Of a DNA stretch of 64,000 bases, positions 37,451 to 46,883 are shown piece by piece. Each line of letters opens with the position of its first letter. Positions within the stretch are counted from its first letter, which is position 1. Source of the stretch: Candidatus Aldehydirespirator sp. GTDB lineage: Bacteria; Actinomycetota; Acidimicrobiia; Acidimicrobiales; Aldehydirespiratoraceae. Under the pieces are notes generated by a model. That model did no database searches, was not told the origin of the DNA, and saw only the letters and a list, made by a program, of their open reading frames with translations. The position numbers were made by a program, and so were the translations under genes. The stretch covers positions 2,690,918-2,754,917 of the forward strand of contig OZ241903.1 of the NCBI GenBank assembly GCA_965203635.1. Direction: 5' to 3'.

Positions 37451-38212
37451 GTGGCAATGCAGGACGGCAGGATCGCGCTGGTGACCGGCGCCGGCTCCGG
37501 TGTGGGCCGTGCCGCCGCAGTGGCCCTAGCCCGCAACGGCTGGCATGTGGTGGCCGTCGGCAGGCGGGCCGACCCGCTCGCCGAGACCGTCGCCGACTGC
37601 GAGAGCGCCGACGGCTCGGGCTCGGCCGTGACGGCCGATGTGAGCGACCCGGCCGCGGTAGAGACCCTCTTCGAGAGGGTGCGCGCCGATCACGGCCGTC
37701 TCGACCTGCTGTTCAACAACGCGGGCACGGCCGCGCCTCCGGTGCCGGTCGACGAGCTCGACGTCGAGCACTGGCAGCGGGTGGTGGACGTGAACCTCAC
37801 CGGCTCGTTCCTGTGCGCCCGGCAGGCGTTCGGACTGATGAAGGCCCAGGACCCGTCCGGGGGGCGGATCATCAACAACGGGTCGGTGTCGGCCCATGTG
37901 CCCCGGCTCAACAGCGCGCCGTACACGGCCACCAAGCACGCCATCACCGGGCTGACCAAGTCGCTGGCGCTCGACGGCCGGCCCTTCGGCATCACCTGCG
38001 GCCAGATCGACATCGGCAACGCCCTCACCCCTCTCACCACCCGGATGCCTGAGGGGGTGCTACAGGCCGACGGCAGTATCCGACCCGAGCCGACCATGGA
38101 CGCCGCCGATGTCGGCCGGGCGGTGGCCTACATGGCCAGCCTGCCCGCCGGCACCAACGTGCTCACCATGACGGTGATGGCCAGCGGCATGCCGTTCATC
38201 GGCCGGGGCTGA
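37451..38212 (+). CDS. SDR family oxidoreductase
   Basis: [28 protein letters not shown]. Confidence 0.9.
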   Translation: MAMQDGRIALVTGAGSGVGRAAAVALARNGWHVVAVGRRADPLAETVADCESADGSGSAVTADVSDPAAVETLFERVRADHGRLDLLFNNAGTAAPPVPVDELDVEHWQRVVDVNLTGSFLCARQAFGLMKAQDPSGGRIINNGSVSAHVPRLNSAPYTATKHAITGLTKSLALDGRPFGITCGQIDIGNALTPLTTRMPEGVLQADGSIRPEPTMDAADVGRAVAYMASLPAGTNVLTMTVMASGMPFIGRG

Positions 38213-38306
38213 CGTGGCCCTGGTGGTCAATCGCTCGGCCCTGAACGGCCGGAGCTGACGTTGAGCCCGACAGTCAACCGCTCGCCCCTGGTCGGCCGGG
38301 GCTGAC
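38197..38306 (+). repeat. Roughly 46-nt tandem repeat (about 2.5 units) that copies the 3' end of the SDR gene
   Basis: GGCCGG(G/A)GCTGAC occurs at 38201, 38248 and 38294. GTCAA(T/C)CGCTCG(G/C)CCCTG occurs at 38227 and 38273. The first unit contains the SDR stop codon. Confidence 0.75.
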
Positions 38307-38310
38307 TCCG

Positions 38311-39273
38311 GTGCGGGTCCTCATCACCGGCGGCGCGGGCATGCTCGGCCGCAAGCTGACCGGGCGGCTGTTGGAGCGGGGCCGTCTGCGGGGTGAGCGC
38401 ATCGACGCCATCGACCTGGTCGACCTGGTCGAGGCCTCGATCGAGTCCGAGCTTTGCACCGCCCATGTCGCCGACCTGTCCCGCCCGGGCGAGGCCGAGA
38501 CGCTGGTCGCGCTGGAACCCGACGTGGTGTTCCATCTCGCCGCGGTGGTCTCCGCCGAGGCCGAGGCCGACTTCGACAAGGGCATGGCGGTCAACCTCGA
38601 CGGCACCCGGCAGCTGTTCGACGCCATCCGCCTCTCCCCCATCACACCCCGGGTGGTCTACACCTCGTCGATCGCGGTGTTCGGCGCGCCGTTCCCCGAT
38701 CCCATTCCCGACGACTTCCATCCCACCCCGCTCACCTCCTACGGCACCCAGAAACTGATCGGCGAGGCCCTGCTGGCCGACTACTCCCGGCGCGGGTTCT
38801 TCGACGGCATCGGGATCCGGCTCCCTACCGTCAGCGTCCGTCCCGGCGCGCCCAACGCGGCCGCGTCGAGCTTCTTCTCCGGCATCATCCGCGAGCCCCT
38901 TCACGGCCTGGAGGCCGAGCTGCCGGTGAGCCGCGACGTGCGCCATCCACACGCCAGCCCCCGGGCCGCGGTCGGGTTCCTGGTCCATGCCGCCGAGATC
39001 GACACGTCACGGCTGGCCGACCGCCCCAACCTCACCATGCCGGGCGTGTCGGCCACGGTCGGCGAGCAGATCGAGGCCCTCGGCCGGGTGGCCGGCCCCG
39101 ACGCCGCGGCGCTGATCACCGAGTCCCCCGACCCAGTCGTCGCGGGAATCGTCGCCGGGTGGCCCCAGCGCTTCGACACCGCCCGCGCCGACGCCCTCGG
39201 GTTCACGGCCGACGACAGCTACGACGACATAATCCGGGCCTACATCGAAGACGACTTTCCCGGGCGCGATTGA
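38311..39273 (+). CDS. NAD-dependent epimerase/dehydratase family protein
   Basis: MRVLITGGAGMLGRKL Rossmann motif, SSIAVFG, and YGTQKLIGE (YxxxK). GTG start. Confidence 0.85.
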   Translation: MRVLITGGAGMLGRKLTGRLLERGRLRGERIDAIDLVDLVEASIESELCTAHVADLSRPGEAETLVALEPDVVFHLAAVVSAEAEADFDKGMAVNLDGTRQLFDAIRLSPITPRVVYTSSIAVFGAPFPDPIPDDFHPTPLTSYGTQKLIGEALLADYSRRGFFDGIGIRLPTVSVRPGAPNAAASSFFSGIIREPLHGLEAELPVSRDVRHPHASPRAAVGFLVHAAEIDTSRLADRPNLTMPGVSATVGEQIEALGRVAGPDAAALITESPDPVVAGIVAGWPQRFDTARADALGFTADDSYDDIIRAYIEDDFPGRD

Positions 39274-39280
39274 GCCGCCG

Positions 39281-39541
39281 TCACGCTCGACGGGAACCCG
39301 CTTCGACGATCGCGGTGACGGTCTTGCGGCCGAGCCCCGACGTCTCGGCGATCTGCCTCAGCGAGGCGCCCACGCGGTGGGCGGCGCGGATCATGTCATC
39401 GCGGATGGCGATCTCCTTGTCGGCCCGCTCCGCACTCAAGCCGACCACGGCCAGCGCAACGCCGACCTCGTAGTCGAGGCCGGACCGGTACTTGTCCATC
39501 GCCGCGATCGCTGCGGAGACTTCGGCTTCCGTGTAGCTCAT
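39281..39541 (-). CDS. Small (86 aa) helix-turn-helix protein of unknown function
   Basis: C-terminal HTH-like ASLRQIAETSGLGRKTVTAIV. High third-position GC. The start ATG overlaps the stop of an upstream 53-codon ORF (ATGA). Confidence 0.6.
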   Translation of the reverse strand: MSYTEAEVSAAIAAMDKYRSGLDYEVGVALAVVGLSAERADKEIAIRDDMIRAAHRVGASLRQIAETSGLGRKTVTAIVEAGSRRA

Positions 39542-39699
39542 AGACCCTCCCGCAGGCTGCCAGCCAGCTTGTCGCGGATGCCCAGGAGGGTCGCGACGCG
39601 CGGCGACAGATCGCCGGACGCTTCGGCGATGTTGAGATGGGCGGCGACCATCCCCAGCAGCTCCAGGGCTTCGATCCGCTCCAACTCAACCCGCACCAT
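39538..39699 (-). CDS. Small (53 aa) helical ORF, translationally coupled to the HTH protein; not in the ORF track
   Basis: MVRVELERIEALELLGMVAAHLNIAEASGDLSPRVATLLGIRDKLAGSLREGL. 45 of 53 codons end in G or C, as in real genes here. It has a 4-nt overlap with the downstream gene. Confidence 0.45.
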   Translation of the reverse strand: MVRVELERIEALELLGMVAAHLNIAEASGDLSPRVATLLGIRDKLAGSLREGL

Positions 39700-39737
39700 T
39701 GGTCCATATCGTACCACTATTGGCCCCTACTGGACCA
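39700..39737. promoter_or_regulatory. Inverted and direct repeats directly upstream of the small two-ORF module
   Basis: TGGTCCA-N24-TGGACCA. ATTGGTCC (39698) and ATTGGCCC (39719) are spaced 21 nt apart. A TACGAT -10-like hexamer lies 8 nt upstream of ATG 39699 on the minus strand. Confidence 0.4.
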
Positions 39738-39757
39738 CCTGCGGGAAGGGTTGTGGC

Positions 39758-40045
39758 CTAGCTGCGGGGTCGCTTGTGCTCGGAGTCGTAGACGGCTTCG
39801 CGGTGGCGGGTTGCCGGGCAGCGCGTGCCGTACACGTCGATAGTGAAGCCGGTTTCGACAGCCGCGTAGCGTCCCTCGACGTAGCCGAGACAGACCCGGG
39901 TGCCAGTCCGGAAGCCCGTGCCGGCCGAGACTGCGTTGGGCAGCCCGAGCGTGTTGAGCAGTTGGGCCGCAGCGGCGGAGGCCATCGCGGCCTCCCCTCC
40001 CCCGCCGGTCATGGCTCCGGTGCGCAGGTCCGACACGAACGGCAT
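39758..40045 (-). pseudogene. Stand-alone GcvT C-terminal-barrel-like fragment (remnant or small domain protein)
   Basis: ...AVSAGTGFRTGTRVCLGYVEGRYAAVETGFTIDVYGTRCPATRHREAVYDSEHKRPRS resembles the C-terminal barrel of aminomethyltransferases (xLGYV ... A ... YD ... KR-R). There is no N-terminal folate-binding part. Any upstream extension would overlap the dehydratase gene. Confidence 0.3.
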
Positions 40046-40149
40046 GAAGGCGTGGATGGCCGGGTGGCCCGGCTTGATGGCGTCGATCAGCACGACGGCG
40101 GCCAGGATCTCGGCCAGCCCCCCGGCTCCGGCGCCTGGCCATCGGCGGG

Positions 40150-42021
40150 TCAGTGGTTGTGGCGGGGAAGGTCCTTGGTGCGGGAGGTGTCCTGGTACTT
40201 CAGGGCGGGGCGCAGGACCATGCCCTCGTCCATCTGGGTCACCATCGACCGCTGGATCTCCTGCCAGGGAGTGTGCGACTCCGGCACCGGGTAGCCGCCC
40301 GAGGCCTCGAGTTCGGCCCGGCGCCGCTCGATCTCGGCCTCGTCGACGAGCATGTCGGCCCGGCCGCGGCGCAGGTCGATGCGGATCCGGTCGCCGGTTC
40401 GCAGCAACGCCAGCCCGCCGCCGGCCGCGGCCTCGGGCGAGGCGTTGAGGATCGAGGGCGACCCGGAGGTGCCCGACTGGCGGCCGTCGCCGATGCACGG
40501 CAGCGAGTGCACCCCTCGCACCAGCAGCGCGGCCGGGGGCTGCATGTTGACCGCCTCGGCCGCGCCGGGGTAGCCGATCGGCCCGACCCCGCGCACGATG
40601 AGCATGCAGTGCTCGTCGATGTCGAGGTCGGGGTCCTCGATGCGGGCCCGGTAGTCCTCGGGCCCGTCGAACACGATGGCCCGCCCCTCGAACGCGTCGG
40701 GGTCGTCGGGGTCGGACAGGTAGCGCTGCCGGAACTCGTCGGAGATGACGCTGGTCTTCATGATGGCGCTGTCGAACAGGTTGCCCGACAGGTGCACGAA
40801 GCCGGCGTCCTCCAGCAGCGGCTCGTCGGTGGTGCGGATCACGGCGGGATCGGCGATGCCCGCCTCCCCGCAGTTCTGTCCGATGGTGCGGCCGTTGGCG
40901 GTGATCGCGTCGGGATGGGGAAGCAGCCCGCCCCGCATGAGCTCGCCCACCACCGCGGGGACCCCTCCGGCGTGGTGGAAGTCCTCTCCCAGGTACTCCC
41001 CCGCGGGCATGAGGTTCACCAGCAGCGGCACGGCCAGCCCGTGCTTCTGCCAGTCGTCGTTGTCGAGGGCGACGCCGAGGTGCGCGGCGACCGCGTTGAG
41101 GTGGATCGGGGCGTTGCTCGATCCGCCGATGGCGGAGTTCACCACGATGGCGTTCTCGAAGGCCTGCCGGGTCATGATGTCGGAGGGGCGCAGGTCCTCC
41201 CGCACCATCTCGACGATGCGCACCCCGGTGCGGTAGGCCATCTGGCCCCGCTCCCGGTGCGGCGCGGGGATGGCGGCCGAGCCCGGCAGCTGCATCCCCA
41301 GCGCCTCGGTCAGGCTGTTCATGGTGGTGGCGGTGCCCATGGTGGAGCAGTAGCCCACCGACGGCGCGGCCGAGGCCACCAGGTCGACGAAGCCGGTCTC
41401 GTCGACCTCGCCGGCGGCGTAGAGCTCGCGGGCCTTCCAGATGATGGTGCCCGAGCCGGTGCGCCGGCCCTCGTGCCAGCCGCTGAGCATGGGGCCCACC
41501 GACAGCGCGATGGCGGGCAGGTTGACGGTGGCCGCGGCCATCAGGCATGCCGGGGTGGTCTTGTCGCAGCCGATGGTGAGCACCACCCCGTCGAGGGGAT
41601 AGCCCTGGAGCACCTCGACGATGCTGAGGTAGGCCAGGTTGCGGTCGAGCGCGGCGTTGGGCCGCTTGCCGGTCTCCTGGATGGGGTGCACGCCGAACTC
41701 GAAGGCGATCCCGCCCGCCTCCCGGATGCCCTCGCGGACCCGTTTGGCCAGTTCCAGGTGGTGCCGGTTGCACGGCGACAGGTCCGAGCCGGTCTGGGCG
41801 ATCCCGATCATGGGCTTGCCGGACTGGAGCTCCTCGCGGGTGAGTCCGTAGTTGGCGTAGCGCTCGAGGTAGATCCCCGACATGAGCGGATCGTCCACGA
41901 TGTCGAACCAGGCCGCCGACCGCAGCCCGCCCCGGCCGGGCCCCGGATCGGGACGGGACGGGCCGGACGGGTGCAGCGGGCGGGGTTCGCCGGATCCGGG
42001 GGAAGCAGTCATCGCAGCCAC
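40150..42021 (-). CDS. IlvD/Edd family dehydratase (sugar-acid dehydratase-like)
   Basis: [68 protein letters not shown], and a C-terminal LPRHNH. The start may be a few codons later. Confidence 0.9.
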   Translation of the reverse strand: MAAMTASPGSGEPRPLHPSGPSRPDPGPGRGGLRSAAWFDIVDDPLMSGIYLERYANYGLTREELQSGKPMIGIAQTGSDLSPCNRHHLELAKRVREGIREAGGIAFEFGVHPIQETGKRPNAALDRNLAYLSIVEVLQGYPLDGVVLTIGCDKTTPACLMAAATVNLPAIALSVGPMLSGWHEGRRTGSGTIIWKARELYAAGEVDETGFVDLVASAAPSVGYCSTMGTATTMNSLTEALGMQLPGSAAIPAPHRERGQMAYRTGVRIVEMVREDLRPSDIMTRQAFENAIVVNSAIGGSSNAPIHLNAVAAHLGVALDNDDWQKHGLAVPLLVNLMPAGEYLGEDFHHAGGVPAVVGELMRGGLLPHPDAITANGRTIGQNCGEAGIADPAVIRTTDEPLLEDAGFVHLSGNLFDSAIMKTSVISDEFRQRYLSDPDDPDAFEGRAIVFDGPEDYRARIEDPDLDIDEHCMLIVRGVGPIGYPGAAEAVNMQPPAALLVRGVHSLPCIGDGRQSGTSGSPSILNASPEAAAGGGLALLRTGDRIRIDLRRGRADMLVDEAEIERRRAELEASGGYPVPESHTPWQEIQRSMVTQMDEGMVLRPALKYQDTSRTKDLPRHNH

Positions 42022-42048
42022 GCTAGGCGCTGGCCGGCGAGTTGGGGC

Positions 42049-43359
42049 TCAGCGGGAGGCCTCGTCGAGCACGCGGTCCAGGACGCCCACGAAGCGGTGG
42101 ATGTCGGTGAACGAGTTGTACAGGGGCACCGGCGCGGCCCGGATCACGTCGGGGTAGCGCCAGTCGCAGACGACGTCGGCGTCCTCCAGTGCCTGATGCA
42201 CGGCCCGGCCGTCGACGCCGGGCATCTTGACCCGCAGCGCGTACTGGCAGCCCCGCTCGGCCGGCGCGGTCGGTGTGATGGTTTCCACCCGGTCGCCGAT
42301 CACCTCGGCCAGGAGCATGTCCAGGTATTCGATCTGCCGTTGCGACTTGGCCCGCAACGGCTCCATTCCGCCGGCCCGGTCGAACACGTCGAGCGACGCC
42401 CGCAGGGCGGCCATGGTGAGGATGGGCGGGTTGGAGAGCTGCCACGACTCGACCGTGCCGATGGGATCGAAGACGGTGCCCATCTCGAAGCGGATGTCGG
42501 GGCGCTGGCCCCACCATCCCAGGAACTTGGGCAGCGACCGGTCGCCGGCGTGGCGGTCGTGCACGAAGGCGCCGCCGACGGTGCCCGGGCCGCCGTTGAG
42601 GTACTTGTAGCTGCACCAGGCTGCGAAGTCGACGTTCCAGTCGTGCAAGGCCAGCGGGATGTTGCCCACCGCGTGGGCGAGGTCGAAGCCGACCCGGGCG
42701 CCGGCGTCGTGGGCTGCGGCCGCGATCTCCGCCATCGGGAGCACCTGGCCGGTGTAGTACTGGACTCCGGGGAGCATCACCAGCGCCAGCTCAGGGCCGT
42801 GCTCGGCTATGAGGGCCAGCAGGTCGTCGGGCCGCAGCGTCTCCGAGCCTGCCCGCGGGCGGGCGACAACCAGCGACTCGGCCGGATCGTGGCCCCGCTG
42901 GCGGATCTGGCTCTCGACCGCGAAGTGGTCGCTGGGGAAGGCGTGGTCCTCGATGAGGATCTTGTGCCGCTCGGGGGTGGGGTCGTAGAAGCTCACCATC
43001 AGCAGGTGCAGGTTGACGGTGAGCGAGTTCATGGCGACGACCTCGTTGGGGCGCCCGCCGACGAGCCGCCCCAGCGAGCCGGTCAGCAGCTCGTGATAGG
43101 GCAGCCACGCCAGCTCGCCCTCGAAGTGAGCGGCCGCGCCGAGTCGGGCCCACCGTTCCAGCTCGGCGTTCACGTAGCCGGCCGCGGCCCGGGGCACGGC
43201 TCCCAGAGAGTTCCCGACGAGGTAGACCTGCGGCGACCCGTCCCGACCCTCCGGAAGGTGGAACTCGTCGCGGAACGAGGCCAGCGGATCGGCCGCGTCC
43301 AGGGCCGCCGCGGTCTCGGCGCCGGTAGTGAGCACGATGCCCGAACCGGTCATGAGCAC
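42049..43359 (-). CDS. kynU: Kynureninase
   Basis: FHLPEG...VYLVGNSLG, FPSDHFAVESQ, and DLAHAVGNIPLALHDWNVDFAAWCSYKYLNGGPG (PLP lysine motif). Confidence 0.92.
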   Translation of the reverse strand: MLMTGSGIVLTTGAETAAALDAADPLASFRDEFHLPEGRDGSPQVYLVGNSLGAVPRAAAGYVNAELERWARLGAAAHFEGELAWLPYHELLTGSLGRLVGGRPNEVVAMNSLTVNLHLLMVSFYDPTPERHKILIEDHAFPSDHFAVESQIRQRGHDPAESLVVARPRAGSETLRPDDLLALIAEHGPELALVMLPGVQYYTGQVLPMAEIAAAAHDAGARVGFDLAHAVGNIPLALHDWNVDFAAWCSYKYLNGGPGTVGGAFVHDRHAGDRSLPKFLGWWGQRPDIRFEMGTVFDPIGTVESWQLSNPPILTMAALRASLDVFDRAGGMEPLRAKSQRQIEYLDMLLAEVIGDRVETITPTAPAERGCQYALRVKMPGVDGRAVHQALEDADVVCDWRYPDVIRAAPVPLYNSFTDIHRFVGVLDRVLDEASR

Positions 43360-43383
43360 CCACCCCAGGCGTCGCGGTCCAAC

Positions 43384-44091
<708 letters not shown>

Positions 44092-44093
44092 GG

Positions 44094-44843
44094 TCAGCTC
44101 TCCGTGTCATCGCGCAGATACAGGCGGTGAACGTCTGGATCGGCTCGGATGTCGTCGGGATCGCCCGAAGCGATGAGCGAGCCCTGGTGCAGCACCGATA
44201 TGCGGTCGGCGACGGAGAACACGACGTCCATGTCGTGCTCCACCAGCAGCACCGCGATGGTCTCCGCCAGGCCCCGGATCAACTCGGCCAGCCGGCCCGC
44301 CTCGTCGGGGGCCATGCCCGCCATGGGCTCGTCCAGCAGGAGCACCTGGGGGTCCGAGGCCATGGCCATGGCGATCTCCAGCTGGCGGGTCTGGCCGTGG
44401 GACAGCCGCTGGGTCGACACGGTGGCCTCCTCCCCCAGGCCGACCTGGTCGAGGAGAACCTCCGCCCGTTCGACGCGTCCCGCATTCCGGGCTGCCGGGC
44501 GAAAGAACCTGAAGCTGTGGCGGTCCATCGCCTGGAGGGCGAGCTCGACGTTCTCTCTCGCCGTGAAGTCCCGGAAGACGGAGGACACCTGGTAGCTGCG
44601 GGCGACGCCCGCGTGGACCCGCTGCGGGAGGCTCAACTCCGTGATGTCCGCACCGTCGAGCCATACCGTCCCGGCGTCGGGCCGCAGCTCGCCCGAGAGC
44701 TGGGCCAGCGCGGTGGTCTTTCCCGCTCCGTTTGGGCCGATGAGCGCGTGGATCTCGCCCGACGCCACCGACAGCGCCAGGTCGTCGGTGACCACCAGCC
44801 CGCCGAAGGCCTTCTGCAGTCCCCGGCACGACAGCTCAGTCAT
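44094..44843 (-). CDS. livG: Branched-chain amino acid type ABC transporter, ATP-binding protein (LivG-like)
   Basis: Walker A GPNGAGKTT, signature LSHGQTRQLE, Walker B LLLDEP. Confidence 0.9.
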   Translation of the reverse strand: MTELSCRGLQKAFGGLVVTDDLALSVASGEIHALIGPNGAGKTTALAQLSGELRPDAGTVWLDGADITELSLPQRVHAGVARSYQVSSVFRDFTARENVELALQAMDRHSFRFFRPAARNAGRVERAEVLLDQVGLGEEATVSTQRLSHGQTRQLEIAMAMASDPQVLLLDEPMAGMAPDEAGRLAELIRGLAETIAVLLVEHDMDVVFSVADRISVLHQGSLIASGDPDDIRADPDVHRLYLRDDTES

Positions 44844-45885
44844 GGCTCCGCCTCGAGCCGAGCAGCGTTCCGGTCAGTCCCCTGGGCGCTCCCAGCACTA
44901 TCGCGAGCAGGCCGACGCCGACAAAGAACTGCCAGTTGTCGGTGACGTCTATCGAGAGCTCCTCCAGCAGGAACAGCGCGCCGGCGCCGATCACGCCGCC
45001 GATCAGGCTGCCCAGCCCGCCAACGATCACCATGACCAGCAACTCGCCCGACTCGGTCCACTCGGCGAACGACGGCGACAGGAACTGCGACTCGGTCACG
45101 GCCATGGCGCCGGCCAGCGAGGTGATGGCGGCGGACAGGGCGAAGGCGGCCAGCCGGTACCGGTAGGTCTGGTAGCCGAGCGCGGCCATGCGCGCCATGT
45201 TGCTGCGGCAGCCTCGCACCACCCGGCCGAACGGTGATCTGACCACCAGGTTCAGGATCACCGTGAAGGCCACCAGCACGGCGAAACACACGTAGAAGAA
45301 GACGGTGTCGTCCGACGCGTCGAGCGGTCCGATGGCTCGGCGGGCCGCGAACAGCCCGACGCCGTCGTCGCCGCCGTAGATCTCGAGCGCGTTGAACAGG
45401 AAGTAGATCATCTGGTTGAACGCCAGGGTCGCCATGATGAAGTAGACGCCCTTGGTGCGCAGGCTCAGCCCGCCGATCACCAGCCCCAGCAGCGCGCCGA
45501 CAACCGTGGCCAGGGGCCAGGTCACGAGCGCCTGGTCCGTTCCGGGAATCCCGAGGAGCCGGGAACCGTCCAGGCTGTGGTATGTCAGCGCGCCCGCGGT
45601 GTATGCGCCGGCGCCGAGGAACGTCGCGTGGCCCAGGCTGACCATCCCCCCGTATCCCATGACGAAGTCGAGACTCATCGCGGCCAGCCCGAAGATGACC
45701 ACCCGGGTGAGCACGGTCACCAGATAGCCCCGACCGCCGGCATCGACCCACAGCGGCGCCACCGAAAGCAGCGCCAGGAATACCACGGTCAGCCCGATGT
45801 GCCATCGGGAGGGGCCCCACGCCCAGAATCCGAGGCGGATGCCGGTGCGCCCGGGGCTCGACCGGGCGGTCTGCGGATCACTCAT
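44836..45885 (-). CDS. livM: Branched-chain amino acid type ABC transporter permease (LivM-like)
   Basis: Polytopic membrane protein with DFVMGYGGMVSLGHATFLGAGAY, typical of LivM. Confidence 0.9.
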   Translation of the reverse strand: MSDPQTARSSPGRTGIRLGFWAWGPSRWHIGLTVVFLALLSVAPLWVDAGGRGYLVTVLTRVVIFGLAAMSLDFVMGYGGMVSLGHATFLGAGAYTAGALTYHSLDGSRLLGIPGTDQALVTWPLATVVGALLGLVIGGLSLRTKGVYFIMATLAFNQMIYFLFNALEIYGGDDGVGLFAARRAIGPLDASDDTVFFYVCFAVLVAFTVILNLVVRSPFGRVVRGCRSNMARMAALGYQTYRYRLAAFALSAAITSLAGAMAVTESQFLSPSFAEWTESGELLVMVIVGGLGSLIGGVIGAGALFLLEELSIDVTDNWQFFVGVGLLAIVLGAPRGLTGTLLGSRRSHD

Positions 45886-46795
45886 CGGCCAGGCCGAACA
45901 GGCCGTTGGGCTTGACTACCAGCACGACGACCATCACCAGGTAGATGCTGGCCGACGCCACCGAGGCGCCGGCCGTGGCCGCGGTGCTCGGGTCGACGAA
46001 CCGCCCGAAGAGGTCGGGCAGGTAGGTGCGGGCCCAAGTGTCGGCCAGACCCAGCATCAGCGAGCCGTACAGGGCTCCCTTGAGCGATCCGATGCCGCCG
46101 ACCACGATCACCACGAAGCTCAGGATCAGGAAGTGATCGCCGATGCCCGATTCCACCGACAGGAACGGCGCGGCCACCACGCCGGCCAGTCCCGCGAGGC
46201 CCGCTCCTACCGCGAACACCAGGGTGTAGAGCAGCCGGACGTTCACTCCGAACGCGCCCAGCAGTTCCCGGTGCGTCCGGCCGGCCCGTATCCACATGCC
46301 GACCCGGGTGCGTTCCACCAGCAGGTGCAGGAAGACGATGACCGCGATCCCGGTCGCGGTGATGGCCAGCCGGTAGGCCGGGTAGGGCAGGCCGGGCAAC
46401 ACCGGCACCGTGCGATCCAGGAACGCGGGGGCCGAGACGCTCCTCGGCGTCGCGCCCCAGACCATCTGCACAGCCTGGTTGGCGATCAGCACCAGCGCGA
46501 ACGTGGCCAGGACTTGATACAGGTGATCGCGGTCGTACAGGCGCCTGATCAGGCCCAACTCGACGATCAGGCCGGCAACCGCCGCCCCGGCTATGCCGGC
46601 CAGCAGGGCCAGCAGGTAGTTGCCGGTACGGCCCCCCACGTCCGCGGCCACGAACGCCCCGACCATGAACAACGAGCCATGGGCCAGGTTGATGATGTTC
46701 ATGATCCCGAATATCAGCGTGAGCCCCGCTGAGACCATCAACAGGGTGAAACCCAGCTGGAGCCCGTTCAGGGTCTGCTCAATGAACAGGTTCAT
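45878..46795 (-). CDS. livH: Branched-chain amino acid type ABC transporter permease (LivH-like)
   Basis: MNLFIEQTLNGLQLGFTLLMVSAGLTLIFGIMNIINLAHGS is a typical LivH N-terminus. Confidence 0.9.
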   Translation of the reverse strand: MNLFIEQTLNGLQLGFTLLMVSAGLTLIFGIMNIINLAHGSLFMVGAFVAADVGGRTGNYLLALLAGIAGAAVAGLIVELGLIRRLYDRDHLYQVLATFALVLIANQAVQMVWGATPRSVSAPAFLDRTVPVLPGLPYPAYRLAITATGIAVIVFLHLLVERTRVGMWIRAGRTHRELLGAFGVNVRLLYTLVFAVGAGLAGLAGVVAAPFLSVESGIGDHFLILSFVVIVVGGIGSLKGALYGSLMLGLADTWARTYLPDLFGRFVDPSTAATAGASVASASIYLVMVVVLVVKPNGLFGLADE

Positions 46796-46827
46796 GCTGT
46801 CGCCGCGCCGATAGTCGGGAATGGATC

Positions 46828-46868
46828 GGGCCGGTCCGCCAGAGCGCGAGCATCCGGCGGACCGGCCC
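46828..46868 (-). terminator. Intercistronic 13-bp perfect hairpin after the binding-protein gene
   Basis: GGGCCGGTCCGCC-N15-GGCGGACCGGCCC, between the binding-protein stop (46884) and the livH start (46795). Confidence 0.55.
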
Positions 46869-46883
46869 GAACGTAGCCGACGT

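Noticed and set aside
39396-39707. 103-aa minus-strand ORF spanning the small-gene region
   Set aside because: It lies in a different frame from the two well-behaved small ORFs. It is rich in Trp, Cys, Arg and Ser, as off-frame translations are here, and it would ignore the ATGA coupling between the two ORFs.
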